This document shows positions 28,155 to 41,430 of a stretch of DNA of 64,000 nucleotides, in pieces. Position 1 is the stretch's first letter; each line of letters starts with the position of its first letter. The stretch is taken from positions 100,874,001 to 100,938,000 of the forward strand of contig NC_042998.1 of NCBI RefSeq assembly GCF_006345805.1, read 5' to 3'. The notes beneath the pieces were generated by a model. That model saw only the letters and a list, made by a program, of their open reading frames with translations. It did no database searches and had not been told where the DNA came from. The DNA comes from Octopus sinensis (taxonomy: Eukaryota). The position numbers were made by a program, and so were the translations under genes.

Positions 28155-29103
28155 TGAAAGAGACAGTGAGTGGTGACGGCGTTCGCTTTTTTAAATGTTT
28201 CAGAGAGGAAGTAAGAGAGAAAGACAGTGTGATAGACAGAAAAGTGAGAGAGAAAGAGGGAGAGTGAAAGAGACAGTGAGTGGTGACGGCGTTCGCTTTT
28301 TTAAATGTTTCAGAGAGGAAATAAGAGAGAAAGACAGTGTGATAGACAGAAAAGTGAGAGAGAAAGAGGGAGAGTGAAAGAGACAGTGAGTGGTGACGGC
28401 GTTCGTTTTGCTTTAAAATGTTTCAGAGAGGTAGTAAGAGAGAAAGAAAGAGAGAGAGAGAGAGAGAGAGGGAGAGAGTGAAAGAGACAGTGAGTGATGA
28501 CGGTGTTCATCGCAAGAGAAGAAGATACATAGATACATATACACATTGATAAATCAAAAGCGGGAGAGAAGAGGGACACAAAGGAAGTGAAAGAGAAAGA
28601 GAGAAACTGAGAGAGACAGTAGATACATAAATCCAAACAAAAGTTTATACATAGATACATACACACAGCAAATACCGGATGTCAATTTCACTTTTCATTA
28701 CCACACGAGGATAAAATTAACTCACAAATGGCTGAGTTCTCCACAGACACACATAACATTACGTAGTTCTCAGAGAGATTCAGCCTCACAGTGAAAATGA
28801 CAAGGCTGGCCTCTTTGAATTACAGCTACAACTCGAGACATATATATCTCTGAGAGAAAAGTGAGTGGTGACTTAAAGGAAAGTGGTGTTTGTTTTGTTT
28901 TCAACCACAGCAATTACTGGATACCGTATCCTAAATAAAAACTGTCTAATACATTCGTATATGTTTTTCAGTTGAAACACTGAATCATTTTGGACATTTA
29001 TTGTTTTAATAGCAAGAGAAAAACTGAGAAAGAGAGAGAAAGAGCTTGAAGACACAACTAAAACAATTCCAGTCAGTGACAAAGCAACAGGTAGGAAGAG
29101 AGT

Positions 29104-29143
<40 letters not shown>

Positions 29144-29669
29144 AAAGAGAGAGAGAGAGACTTCGTTGTGGACTATCTGACACTGTCTGTCTGTCTGCCT
29201 CTCTCTCTCTCTAGGTATGTGTTTGTGTATGTCTGTGCATGTATGTGTATGTTTGTATGTATATGGCTGTGCGTATTGCCGTTTTGAATTCCTTTCTGCG
29301 ACTGACCTTAAACTGCTATTAAAGTCCCAATCACACACACACACACATTTTTTTAACCCATTTCAACTGCAGCCATATACTAAAAGACGTGGTGTTTTGC
29401 TCCAAAATTCAAATTTTGAATTTGCTTTCGTTATAAAATTACATCTCAGCTAAAAAACATCTTTCGGCTTCGGAATACAACGTTGTCTTTTTCTTTCTAT
29501 ATTTTTTAACTTAGAATTTCTGGCTCATTTCTTGATATGCCATTATTGTACATCCAACATTACACCTTTAAGATCGGGGAACCAGTTAGGGGCCTGCTGG
29601 ACCTCTCTCGGCATACCAGCCAACTACAAAATCTCACCAGTCAGCATCACCGCTACCTACAAGCCCGTC

Positions 29670-29700
<31 letters not shown>

Positions 29701-30555
29701 TGTATGTATGTATGTATGTATGTATGTATGTATGTGTTTGTGTGTGTGTGCGTGTGTTTGTACCTGTTTTTGTCCCACCACCACCATTGCTTGACAACCG
29801 ATGTTGGTGCATTTGCGTCCCTGTAATTTAGCTGTTCAGCAGAAGAGACTGATAGAATAAGCACCAGGCTTACAGGGAATAAGTTCAGGGGTCAATTTCT
29901 TCGACTAAAAAGTAGTGCTCCAGCATGGCCACCGTCAAATGACTGAAACAGGTAAAAGAATAAAAGAATACCAGAAAGACGTTCCGTACCACTAAACCAA
30001 GAAGGTTCTTTGAATATGTACGATGTATTTTAAGGTTAAATAGTAATTCCATTTACGTTTGTGTAACAGAGATATTTTGGTCGGATTATATAGTCATTGC
30101 TGTTACATTACTTTCTATATTCTGTGACTATCACAATATACTTTTCTAGGCCTGAAATTTTTGTGGGGAGGGGGCCAGTTGATTAGATCGACCCCAATAC
30201 GCAACTGGTACTTAATTTATCGATCTCGAAAGGACGAAAGGCAAAGTCGACCTCGGCAGAACTTGAACTCAGAACGTAAAAGCAGACGGTCATAATATAC
30301 AAACATTTCTCATGGCACCAGTACACTGTTTACAGATGCTTACATTTTTCATGTTTTCCATGAATTTTCACGGGTCCAGTTAGTTCTGCATAATTACACG
30401 TACATAAAACTCAGAGTAGTAAGATTACACGTACATTTGACTCAGAGTGAATCAGCAAGTGATTCCTGATGTCAGTGAAAACTCTACACAATATACTGAA
30501 TAACTGAGTACTCTTTCTTTTCGATGTAAACAAAAAAAGTGTTTTTGCGTGTGTG

Positions 30556-30593
<38 letters not shown>

Positions 30594-30922
30594 TAAATAA
30601 ATAAATTAAAAAAACACGGTGGCCTTTTGGAAAATGGGACGATGAGTGAAAGAGAAAGAGAGACCTCTTCTGTTCCCTTTATATTCTAGTAATCAAAGAA
30701 CCCTTATTTTTCCTAAGTTAGCTCCATTTATCATATGACAATTATTGGGGTGTTTTTCTTTTTTCTTATTTTCGTTTTTTCTTCTACGTTTTGACACTAA
30801 AAACTACACCGTCTCCTCCATCTGTCCATCTGTCAGTTCTGGATTGAGACATATCTATCTACGGCTGCCTTGTTTTTAAAAGCTGCTTGTTATCAACAGT
30901 GAGTCAACACAGTAGAAGGCAT

Positions 30923-31072
<150 letters not shown>

Positions 31073-31499
31073 GTTTTGAGGAAGAGACCCTTAAAATGGC
31101 ATTTATTGTTTTTGAGATACTTGCTTACTGTCTGACCGTGACCGCTGTCACTTGTGAAGGCACGAGGCTCGTGTGTGTGTGTGTGTGTGTGTGTGCTGTT
31201 ACATGATCCCTGTGCTTTTATCGTTGTTACTGTTATTTTTGTTGTTATTATCAAATGTTTTGTTAGAGTGGTGGATTGGTAGAGGATCGGACAAACTCTC
31301 TTGCAATATTACTTCAGGCTCTTCATGTTTTGAGTTCAAATCCCGTCGAAGTCAGCTTTATTTTTCATCCTTCCGGGATCGATAAAATAACGTACCTGGC
31401 AAGTACTGGAATAAATTTTATCGACTCCTTACTTCTCCAAGTTTCCGACCTTATGCTTATATTATAAATAATGATAATAATAATAATAATGATTTCATT

Positions 31500-32400
31500 C
31501 ATTTGCCACAAGGGCGAAAGGATGAGAGGGACAATAATACAAAGACAGACATGAAGCGTGGGGTTTACATATAATGAAATGATAAAAAAGGAAAGAAAAA
31601 GAGTATACACGGTATAAACTGAAATAGAAGGGACATATGCATAGGATACAAAGGTTAAAAAAAGCAGTGATGGAGAGGATGATAGAGATGTGGCCCTCCT
31701 GATACAGGAAAGTCTCCAGAGATAATCGAGGAACTCCACTGTCCGAGATTTCCTTGAAATCCCAAGAGCAAGTGCCCTCTCAAATTCCTTCTCTCCCAGG
31801 TTTACACTTAGAGAGGTACCATCCACTCTTGCTATTTTCGCAACTTTCACTCATCTTTCAATAAACTCACTCGAGGATAGCACTTGCCCCTCCACTCTCG
31901 ATTTCCTTTTCAATTGAAACTTGAAGAATTCAATGAGAGCTCTACCAAAGAGGAATGTATCTATCCTCGTACCTTTCAACCTCTTTCGCTACAGCTACCA
32001 GGTAAAGGTAAACTGCCTTACCTGCTCGACTGAAGGAGGGCGGCAGTGCGATCATCACTACAGACTCGGCCCACAGACGGAGCCGTCCACACGTGACAGC
32101 AGCTGTTCGACATAACTCCACAAGTCGGCAATGCCCGGACACTGAAAGAGAACATGTAGAACGGTTTCGTCACTCCGCGTGCACCTCGGACATGCCCTTC
32201 TGATAGCACATCCGTGCCTGTAGAGTTTATCGCGAACTGGTAACGCCATCCGATAACATTGCCAAGCCAAGGCCATCAGGAAATTATCCATGATAGTTAC
32301 CGACTGAAAAGTCCTCCGGAACAGACTAACTAGTTCGTTCTCGTCGGCGCCCGGAGTCTTCCCGAGGACGTCGTTGCACTTCCCCGCCACTATCTTTTAT
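31500..32400 (-). mobile_element. Tx1/L1-type LINE 3' fragment
   Basis: ORF 32058-32390: LAWQCYRMALPVRDKL...CPRCTRSDETVLHVLFQC (CCHC knuckle). Confidence 0.85.
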
Positions 32401-32419
32401 CTCAGGGTTTGTTGGAACT

Positions 32420-32860
32420 CCTGGAGTCTTGCATGCGTAGAGGGCTTGCTGCCTGCAGCCTACGGGACTGTGCGATTTATCCTTTTCAGCTATCTAAAAC
32501 TTTCCTGATTATTCTGACCGTGCTAAGAAGGCAAACCTCTTGTAACAGTTCTACTGGCCACGCTATTCTGATTTCTTGCATATTCCTCTTGATACTTTCT
32601 CTTACTGTCCCCAAGGACCCAACAATAATTGGTACAATCTTCACCTTCTTCATTTTCCATAGCCAGTCTGTTTCGTACTTAAGATGGTTGTATTTATCTA
32701 CTTTTTCTCCTTCCTTCTTGACTATTCGTGGGCCAAAAAGGCACGCAACATTAACCATATATCACATGTGGTGCATCTTATCCAGCACCTCTAAGTCCGG
32801 TCTGTTATGCTTTAGCACCTGATCTGTTTGGATTGGGAAATCCAGAGGATTTTGCGGGTC
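32420..32860 (-). mobile_element. R4/Dong-type LINE 3' fragment with restriction-like endonuclease
   Basis: KILW.FPIQTDQVLKHNRPDL upstream of ORF 32486-32758 (KEGEKVDKY..L..WKMKKVKIVPIIVGSLG...IIRKVLD). Confidence 0.9.
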
Positions 32861-33086
32861 TCTGACTCCGCCACTCTCAGCGGTTTGTGCTCATACCACC
32901 TCTTGCCTCCCTCTAGCCCCCACTTTAAGCACAGTTTCCAGTGTAGCACTTTCGGTAACTCACCGTGTCACCACGACTTGTAGCGGTTATTATTATAATG
33001 CGTACCATCAAAGTGACCCTGGGGTACAAATATACGAAGCCCAATATACCCATCATGACTACCTGCTGATAAGGGTACATCAGGCA

Positions 33087-33252
33087 CAGGACCGGCTCAA
33101 GGTACCGGTAATTCGGGCAGTCGCCCGGGGACCCATGTGCTAGGGGGCGCCAAGGAGGGCGTGATAAAGGCAAGGAAATTTCCGCGACCATCAGCTTGTA
33201 CACGCCGAATTTCAGCTTGCCCGGAGCGCCAGCAACTCTAGGGCCGGCCCTG
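33087..33252. mobile_element. hAT-type MITE (166 bp) with 8-bp TSD, nested in another repeat
   Basis: Termini caggaccggc / gccggccctg; TSD atcaggca at 33079-33086 and 33253-33260; the host repeat is uninterrupted at ~15810. Confidence 0.9.
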
Positions 33253-34559
33253 ATCAGGCACATGCATCACAACCATACGTGCGCGACATGGTGGTCTCAT
33301 ATCAAGATAAACAGCGCATGACCTTGCAGGTGGGGCCCAGTTAGAATTTTCTTCAGGTCGAGTAGCCCATCCGCTCAAAAGGTCCTTGAATAAGGGTTGT
33401 TTAAAGATGTTGAACGAAACACACACGTAGATACTCTCTCGTTCGTAATGCCGTTGTTTAGCCCCAAATCGATCTTGATCGAGCAGACTTACAATCAAAA
33501 CGCATTCCAGTCGTGACTATCTTGTCTTTCCTATGCACAGTGAACTCAGGCGGCGAGGTGGCAGAATCGTTAATACGCCGGGCGAAATGCTTAGTAGCAT
33601 TTCGCCCGTCTTCCCCTTCTGAGTTCAGATTCTGCTGAGGTTGACTTTGTCTTTCATCCTTTCGGGGTCAATAAAATAAGTACCAGTTGAGCACTGGGGT
33701 CAATGTAATCGACTTAACTCTTCCTCTGATATTGCTGGCCTTGTGTCAATATTTGAAATCAATATTTAGGTGTCAGGTTTGTCATAACCAATATAATTTA
33801 TCCACAAAAAGAAAAAAAGAAATTTCCTTTTTCTTTGATTATAATAGTTAAAGCCATCTTACCATGTATTCAACATTTCGTCTTCTGTTCAAGTTTATAG
33901 TTTCTACAATCCTATAACACATGCACAAGCAATTTATGCTTGAAATTTGACCACTGTGGGTGTTGGTGTTTGTTACCATTGTGTAAGGACACGATGATCA
34001 ACACTTCATATTTATCCTTATAAGTTTGTACAGAGAGTCTATATCAAATATTATATTAAAAAAATCTCGTGATGGTTGAATCTAATTAGAGGAGAAAAAC
34101 AACAAAAAAAGAACAAAACAAGCAAAGTTCAAAAGTCGATGTATAAGCATTTATTTATTTTTTGCATGTCTGTTTAATTAGTACAGAAGTAAACATTTGT
34201 TCATATAATTACCAAACACCTTTTCCTCTGATCCCCTAATATCTTATATTTACTTAAGCCGAATGTTTTATTGACTATTTCGCAGTTAAAGTTACTATTC
34301 ATAACTGACCTCTAGTTCCACTTCAAAGTGTCAACTTTACTCAAATATCGCAGTCAATTTTCTCATTAGCACTTCTTGCTCGTTACTTTAGCCAACATAA
34401 AACGTAACCATAGAAGTTTCACACAAATATTTCTGGTTTCTACTACGTAAATAACAAATTATGCAATAATTGGTCTTGAACTAATTTTGTTTTTTGCGTT
34501 TTTACTCACAATGCAATACATATATACGTATTCATATACATACATAAATACGTATGTAC

Positions 34560-34708
34560 ATAAGTATGTATGTATGTATGTATGTATGTATGTATGTATG
34601 TATGTATGTATGTATGCATGTATGCATGTATGTATGTATGCATGTATGCATGTATGCATGTATGTATGTATGTATGTATGTATGTATGTATGTATGTATG
34701 TATGTATG
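34560..34708. repeat. (ATGT)n microsatellite
   Basis: Directly visible. Confidence 0.98.
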
Positions 34709-36350
34709 CTTGGACTTCCTTTTGTTAGGTTTAAGTTTCTAGGTTTCGGCATCTATTATTAGAGAGAATCGTGCTTTGGTCTACTGATCTGAGGATGTGA
34801 ATGAATAGGAGTGGGAAACAGGATTACATTGAGCTGCAAATTTATTTTGGGTAAACCAGTAGAAGAAGAAGAAAAAAATCTAGAAGTTTTTTTAGAAAAA
34901 AATTTCTCAGTTATTTTCTTCGACGTAATTGGGGTACTGAATCTCAACACAGCAGGTAAACAGAAAAAAAAAGCGTTTGGTACTTATGCAAACAAGGCAG
35001 TGGAATGGCAGAATCGGGAGAATGCCGGGCCAATTATCGATTTAATTTTCATCGTTTTTGTTCGTTCTGGCTTCAAATCTCATCGGAGCCAACTCAATAT
35101 TCTATCTCTCCAGAGTCGATAAAATAAATGCCATTCAGGAATTGGTTCGATTACAATTGACTGTAATCCCACCCTACAAATGTTTAACTTTGTGTCTAGG
35201 TGAGAAAGGAATTATACAGATGCAACGAGGCTGAGATTCGAAACCGTGTAGGCTTAGTAACTAGGCGTAGGAGAGGTTGTGTGGTAAGTAGCTTGCTAAC
35301 GAACCACATGGTTCCGGGTTCAGTCTCACTGCGTGGCACCTTGGGCAAGTGTCTTCTACTATAGCCTCGGGCTGAACAAAGTCTTGTGAGTGGATTTGGT
35401 AGACGGAAACTGAAAGAAGCCCGTCGTATATATATATATGTGTGTGTGTATATGTTTGTGTGTCTGTGTTTGTCCCCCCAACATCACTTGACAACCGATG
35501 CTGGTGTGTTTATTTCCCCGTAACTTAGCAGTTCGGCAAAAGAGACCGATAGAATAAGTACTAGGCTTACAAAGAATAAGTCCTAGGGTAGATTTGCTCG
35601 ACTAAAGGCGGTGCTCCAGCATGGCCGCAGTCAGATGGCTGAAACAAGTAAAAGAGTAAAAGAATAAAGAGAAGTAGGCCAGATCAGACCGGGCGACTGC
35701 CCATAATACTGACCAATCATCTTGCAGCAATATCACTCCGTATTATCTAAAGTTCTAGATGTTTCCACGTAAAAAGGTGTTATAAAAGCGAAAACACGCC
35801 AGGATTAACGCAGAGGTAAAGACGGTTTCAGAGATGATTGTGTATAAAAGACTCTCTTTGTCTACATACTTCTCCCGCACATACCACGAACCCAATATCT
35901 TCACCTCTCACCACACACAAATAAGTAACTAGTCAGTCTTAATCAGCGACACACGTAGGTGGCACAGACAACAAGTCCATAAGAAGAAAGATTTCTTGGT
36001 CGGTACTCGACCCTAGTTGAAAGAAAGCTTCGACTATGAAGAAGAGAGTATTTTCCCGCCTCTCAAACGAAGCCGTTCTTATCTATTATTAATTCAACTA
36101 TGAACTTCTTTTACAGCTGGCAAACGGTAATATAGCTCTGGCAATCATCTGTATAATTATATAAATATTGAGATGTGCACATGTATAAATAAATGTTTCT
36201 CAAACACAGTTCGGAGTTGGTTTTAATATGGGACAACACTCAGCTTAAATCTCATACCAATTAATCAAGACCCATCTAGCCAGTCCGATGCAGTATTCAT
36301 GTTTAGTTTAATGGTCAGTTTACAAAGCAAAATGTGATTCTTTGCGAGTA

Positions 36351-36831
36351 CCGTAAATCCTCGAGTATAGTCGGCCCTTGAGTATAATACGCAGGGGATT
36401 TTTAGGGGGCTGTACCTCTGAAAAACCTAAACCTTGTGTATAATACGCACCCCTTCTCTAACTTGAGTCAAGGTCTATATAACGTCTTTGGTTTGTAAAA
36501 CTGTATACGATAAAGTCCTTTATTCTTATTGTACATATAGCATAATGCAAACGTGTAGCTTTTTTGTGCATTTTGTTTGCAGAAAATAAAGAAATAACAG
36601 TAATAACGTTTAATAAATGTTGCTTACTGCATGTTATGGATGATTCTTTTAGGACTTCATTGCTTTCAGGCTTAGCTTAATGTATTTTCGCGCCCGACAC
36701 CATAAAATGCGTGTGAATAAACATTACCAGACAGCAAATACAGACTCGGACATTGCTTAGAAAATAATTTTCATTTTTAACCTCGCATATAGTACGAGGA
36801 AAAAATGCGGATTATATTCGAGGATTTACGG
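36351..36831. mobile_element. Pogo/Tigger-like MITE (481 bp) with TA TSD
   Basis: TIRs ccgtaaatcctcgagtata / tatattcgaggatttacgg, TA on both sides. Confidence 0.9.
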
Positions 36832-37439
36832 TAGGTAAATAAGAGACAACTGTCTCGGCGATAAATACTGCACAGTACTAGCATCAGAGTACAAATCATC
36901 AACGTTTCAGTTTAAGGTTCGACATGCTATCGGTTCGGTGACGTGAAACTCTGAGAAAGGAAATTTTCTTTAAGGGTATAACTGACGATTCAATTTTTTT
37001 TTTCTTTTACATGGCCTGAGGAAATTGATATTATACGAAGAGTAAGAAATAGAAAGGTAAATTGCATTGAGAAAATTCTAGAAGAGTGGGAATGATACAA
37101 CAGTTCATTTTAAGGAAAAAGTGGAAAGACTTCCGCCCGTCCCCGCCCCATTTTTTCCCAAATTTCTTTATTAAAAAAATTTTTTTGCCAAAAACCCCCG
37201 TTTTCGGATACGGAGGTTCCGGAAAATTGCCAAAAATCGACATTGTGAAAATTCCCCACCCCAAATCCTCCAATTTTGACTTTTTTCCCCAACACTAACC
37301 GTAACCGTAACCCTAACCCTAACTACAGAAATGTTTTGAAATTTTTGTCCGAATCATAATGTCCGTATTTTCCCGCATATTTAGAAGAAAAAAAATTCTT
37401 AAAAAATTTGACAAAAATTTTTGGAAATTTTTTTTCCCT

Positions 37440-37590
37440 TCGCATTCCAAACAGTTTTGCTGCCTCCGTTTTCAATTCAGAGTACGTGGTGATTTTTTTC
37501 AACCTCTTTCTCGCAATATCCATGTCATTTGGTATGGTTACGTGAATGATCTGGCAGTATTTAGCTTTTTTGTTCAATACGTATTAGTTT
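37440..37590 (-). mobile_element. R4/Dong-type REL domain fragment
   Basis: ORF 37323-37577 begins NKKAKYCQIIHVTIPNDMDIARKRLKKITTYSELKTEAAKLFGMR (cf. IIDVAIPxD...EKIxKY). Confidence 0.75.
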
Positions 37591-37869
37591 TTACGATATA
37601 AAAGCCAATGAAGGTAAACTTTATCATGATGGTGTTTGTATTCCCTTTGCGCTAGGCTCTCACATCTACTTACCATGTAGGTTACATTTTCTACATTCTC
37701 TTCACAGAATCTGCTTTACTGGTGTCAGAGGTTCTGTAGAATTTGTAGCAAGAGCCTAATCTTGTGCTGCAATTATAATGCTTCAGTGGTACGCTTCAAA
37801 TTGCCTTGCTTAAGCCATGTCCACGATGATGATGCTGATGATGTTCTTGTCGTCGTCGTCGTTGTTCCT

Positions 37870-37892
37870 GTTGCTGCTGCTGCTGCTGCTGC

Positions 37893-37923
<31 letters not shown>

Positions 37924-38005
37924 CTTCTTCTTCTTCTTCTTCTTCTTCTTCTTCTCTTCTTCTTCTCTTCTTCTTCTTCTTCTTCTTCTTCTTCTTCTTC
38001 TTCTC
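37870..38005. repeat. (GCT)n(GTT)n(CTT)n compound microsatellite
   Basis: Directly visible. Confidence 0.97.
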
Positions 38006-38358
38006 ATTTCATTTTCTAAAAAATACATACTGGTATTGTTAAAGACGGAAAGAGGACCAGATGTTGTATGTTTCCGGTAGTAACTGTCTCCATAACATTA
38101 GAAAAGTTACAAATCTGAAACTTTTTTTCATAAAGAGCTATCACAAGATTTAATAAATCTTAGAGCGAGTTATAAACAGTAGCTGCAACACATCGTGACG
38201 TATATTTGCCATTTAAATATGGCTAACCCCTAAGGGTGGATGCTACTATAGTTTGTAGCCCCAGGAGGACACCTCCTCCAGCTGGCTTTGGACACACTTT
38301 CTGTGCCCTATCAGTATTTGCAAAGGGAAGCCACCCTTCTCGTCTTCAACTTATGATA

Positions 38359-38403
38359 CACACGGACTCGAGTTTCTGAGTATTGACCCGTCATCGGCGT
38401 GTG
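38359..38403 (-). ncRNA. Type I hammerhead ribozyme motif (CCGAUGA core variant)
   Basis: Minus: CACACG ccgatga CGGG tcaata CTCA gaaa C tcga G TC | CGTGTG. Perfect 6-bp stem I, palindromic loop III, GUC site; stem II closing pair is mismatched. Confidence 0.75.
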
Positions 38404-38622
38404 ACAATCACAGTTGTCGAGGAAAAGTAGGTTCTCTTCACAAATACTTATCCCTTTTCCAGTATCGTAAAGACACTGATATCGAAAAGGTGTAATCAAG
38501 CAATAATAAATCTTAGAGCGAGTTATAAACAGTAGCTGCAACACATCGTCCGTGTGTATCATAAGTTGAAGACGGGAAGGATGGCTTCCCTTTGCAAATA
38601 CTGATAAGGCACAGTAAGTGTG

Positions 38623-39186
38623 TGTAGTGATCCTATACAACGGCGCGCGCTCGCGCACCGTCCATTTGTATTTCGCGCGTGCGGGGTTGGTGCTTTCACC
38701 ACCGGAAGAAGAACCCTTTTGCCTACGTAGCAGTTAGCCGAGGCAAGGGGATCGTAAGACGTTGACCACCAGCGTCCAGCAAGCAGCGACTTGAGACAAA
38801 AGCGACCGAAGGTACAACACGTATATTTCTCTCTGTCCGAACTTGATTCTAGCAGCAGCTTTACCAAAAGGCCTTTAACCAAATTGTTGCAGACCACATC
38901 TTCTCCCTGTTCTGGACGCCATCTTTGACCAGTGTCGTTTTGCATTTGAACACTTTCTTATTTTACAGCGATAAGGTTCAGCACTGACACATTTATACCA
39001 AAGGGATACCAGATAACCACTTATTGTTACTGTTACCACATTAGAGAATAAAGTAGTATATATATTATTTACGTCTGCGTCTTGTTGTTTCTGACTGGTA
39101 GAATTCTGGATTATTAAAGCAACGATAGTGATTGCCTCTCGTACCCCGAAAGTACAAAAGAAGATATTCACACAAAGTTCGTTACA
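38623..39186 (+). mobile_element. Solo LTR (564 bp), gypsy-like, nested in the HHR element
   Basis: TGTA...TACA termini, 4-bp TSD tgtg (38619-38622, 39187-39190), AATAAA near 39047. Removing it restores the host sequence. Confidence 0.85.
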
Positions 39187-40894
39187 TGTGTCTAAAGCCA
39201 GCTGGAGGAAGTGTCCTCATGGGGCTACAAACTACAGTAGCATCCACCCTTAGGGGTTAGCCATATTTAAATGGCAAATATACGTCACGATGTATCACAA
39301 GATTCTTTTCCTGATGGTGCACATGACTGCGCAGGGCCTGTAACGGGTATAAACAGTGCCCTTGACTGAGTCCTAGATTGTACACTCCTCTTAGTCCTAC
39401 AATGTTCTTACCTGCTCCCAGCTCTACAGCTTGTTTCCCTATCTTACAACTCTACATTGTGCACTCCCTTTAACATTTTTTTTCAAATACTCCCAACCAT
39501 CACCTTCATTACTCCAGCTGAAATGCATTTGAAAACAATTTTTATTGACTTGCACGCAAGAAATCTCTAGTTTATCATGCATATCACCGTGTAAATCTGG
39601 TTTCTGGTAAAATTTAAGATGTTTCACGTCAACTCATTTGCTTGGCCATAACATCAAACAACCCTCTTGCCTCCCATTACCACCCCTATCCTGTCTCCAT
39701 TCCCATCTGTTCTGAGCGGTACCTCTCTCGATCACTTTATTATTATTGAGATTTCAGGGGTTTTGTTTAGATTAATGAATTTTGTGCGGCGCCTCCAGAT
39801 TTTAGCCGCGCCCTAGGCAATTGCCAATTTTGCTTAGAGTATAACGACGGCTCCGTAAACGCGCCAGAAAAACTTTGTTAAAAACAGCTTTTCACCAAAA
39901 ATTGTGTGAGTTGATTTTGGGGCAGTTTGCAAATTTATCGATTTGATTATGCTCAGAAACATATTTGTTTCAAATGTGAGCATGTTTCTTTTTACAGCAC
40001 AGGCTATATTCAAGTCAGTAAAATGTAATCTGAGGGAGATTTAACGACTACTTTTAGCAAGCTGCACGACTAAGTGACGGAGTGTAGAACATCAGATATG
40101 AAGATAAAATGTCAGACTTGCAAGAAGAGATGTCCTGTTGTAAAGCCTTTAGCTTTTGTTTACCTGCTGGAGCTGGCATACGGCTAGATTCATCCCAGCT
40201 GTAGTTTTGTCGTCTTTTTTTTTTGTATCGAAAACTACATTCCACAGTGTGTTCTTCATTTATTACGATTGCATAGTGCGATTTCTGGGAGATTTAGCTG
40301 CTATATTAAAGTATTGCTATTAAAAAAAGATGAAGCAATTGGTCCAGTATAGTTAACTCTCGACGAAAGGCTTTCGTGATGGCAAAAAAAAAAAAAATAA
40401 TAATAATATGGCGGAAATTGATAGAAACGTATTTGAAATCGGGAGTAAATGTATAGTAGTAGTAAATAGAAAACGAGACAGGTTTCTCGGTGTATGTTCA
40501 ATGAGAACTTCTCTTCCATTCATAAGTGTTTCTTAGGTCAGTTGCGTCATGTGACTAATTGTCAACATCAGACGACAGCAAACTAATGGCTGTGATTTTC
40601 GGCTGCACAGCAACGAAGTGTTTATTCTAGCCCTTAGATAGGAGAAGCAGTAGTTGGGCTTATAGAAAAAATATCTATAATTCTAGAAAAGAGGCGAACG
40701 CTGTTAAGCAAGAGACAAGCTCCCATAGAAACAAGACAGTGAGTGACTCATTGATGACATATTCGATAAATTCGCCGTAGGGGAGATGAGGCGTGAAATA
40801 CTGTTCTTATAGATTCAATCATCACTCTTGTTTTGACTGCATGAGTCCTTGATGTTTGTGTACGTGTGTGCGTACACACACGCGCGCGTGTATA

Positions 40895-41061
40895 ATGCAT
40901 ACATACATACATACATACATACATACATACATACATACATACATACATACATACATACATACATACGTGTGTGTATATATATCTGTGTGTGAGTATATAT
41001 ATATGTGTGTGTATGTGTATGTACACGTATGTATATATATATATGTATATGTATACGTAAG

Positions 41062-41121
<60 letters not shown>

Positions 41122-41430
41122 TATGTATAAATATGAATGTATATATATATATGTAAGTATATAAGTTTATATATATATATGTGTGTGTGTGTATATGTAT
41201 GTGTGTATATCAATAGACGTATGTACACAAACACACATACCCACGTATATTTAAAGAGAGAGAGAGAGAGAGAGAGATTGATAGATAGATATACAAATAC
41301 ACACATATATGTGTGTGTGTATGTACATACATACATATGTATATAGGTATGTATATGTGTGTGTGTATATATATATAATATACATATACATACTTACAAA
41401 CATACATATATATATATATATACATATAGG
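40895..41430. repeat. (CATA)n/(TA)n/(TG)n/(GA)n mixed microsatellite block
   Basis: Directly visible. Confidence 0.95.

Larger units (their letters stand above)
38151..39292. mobile_element. Non-coding hammerhead-containing element (353-bp unit), inverted pair, 12-bp TSD
   Basis: Minus arm 38549->38151 with an identical 46-bp terminal redundancy (38151-38196 = 38504-38549); plus arm 38550-39292 interrupted by a solo LTR; TSD tatcacaagatt at 38139-38150 and 39293-39304. Confidence 0.85.
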
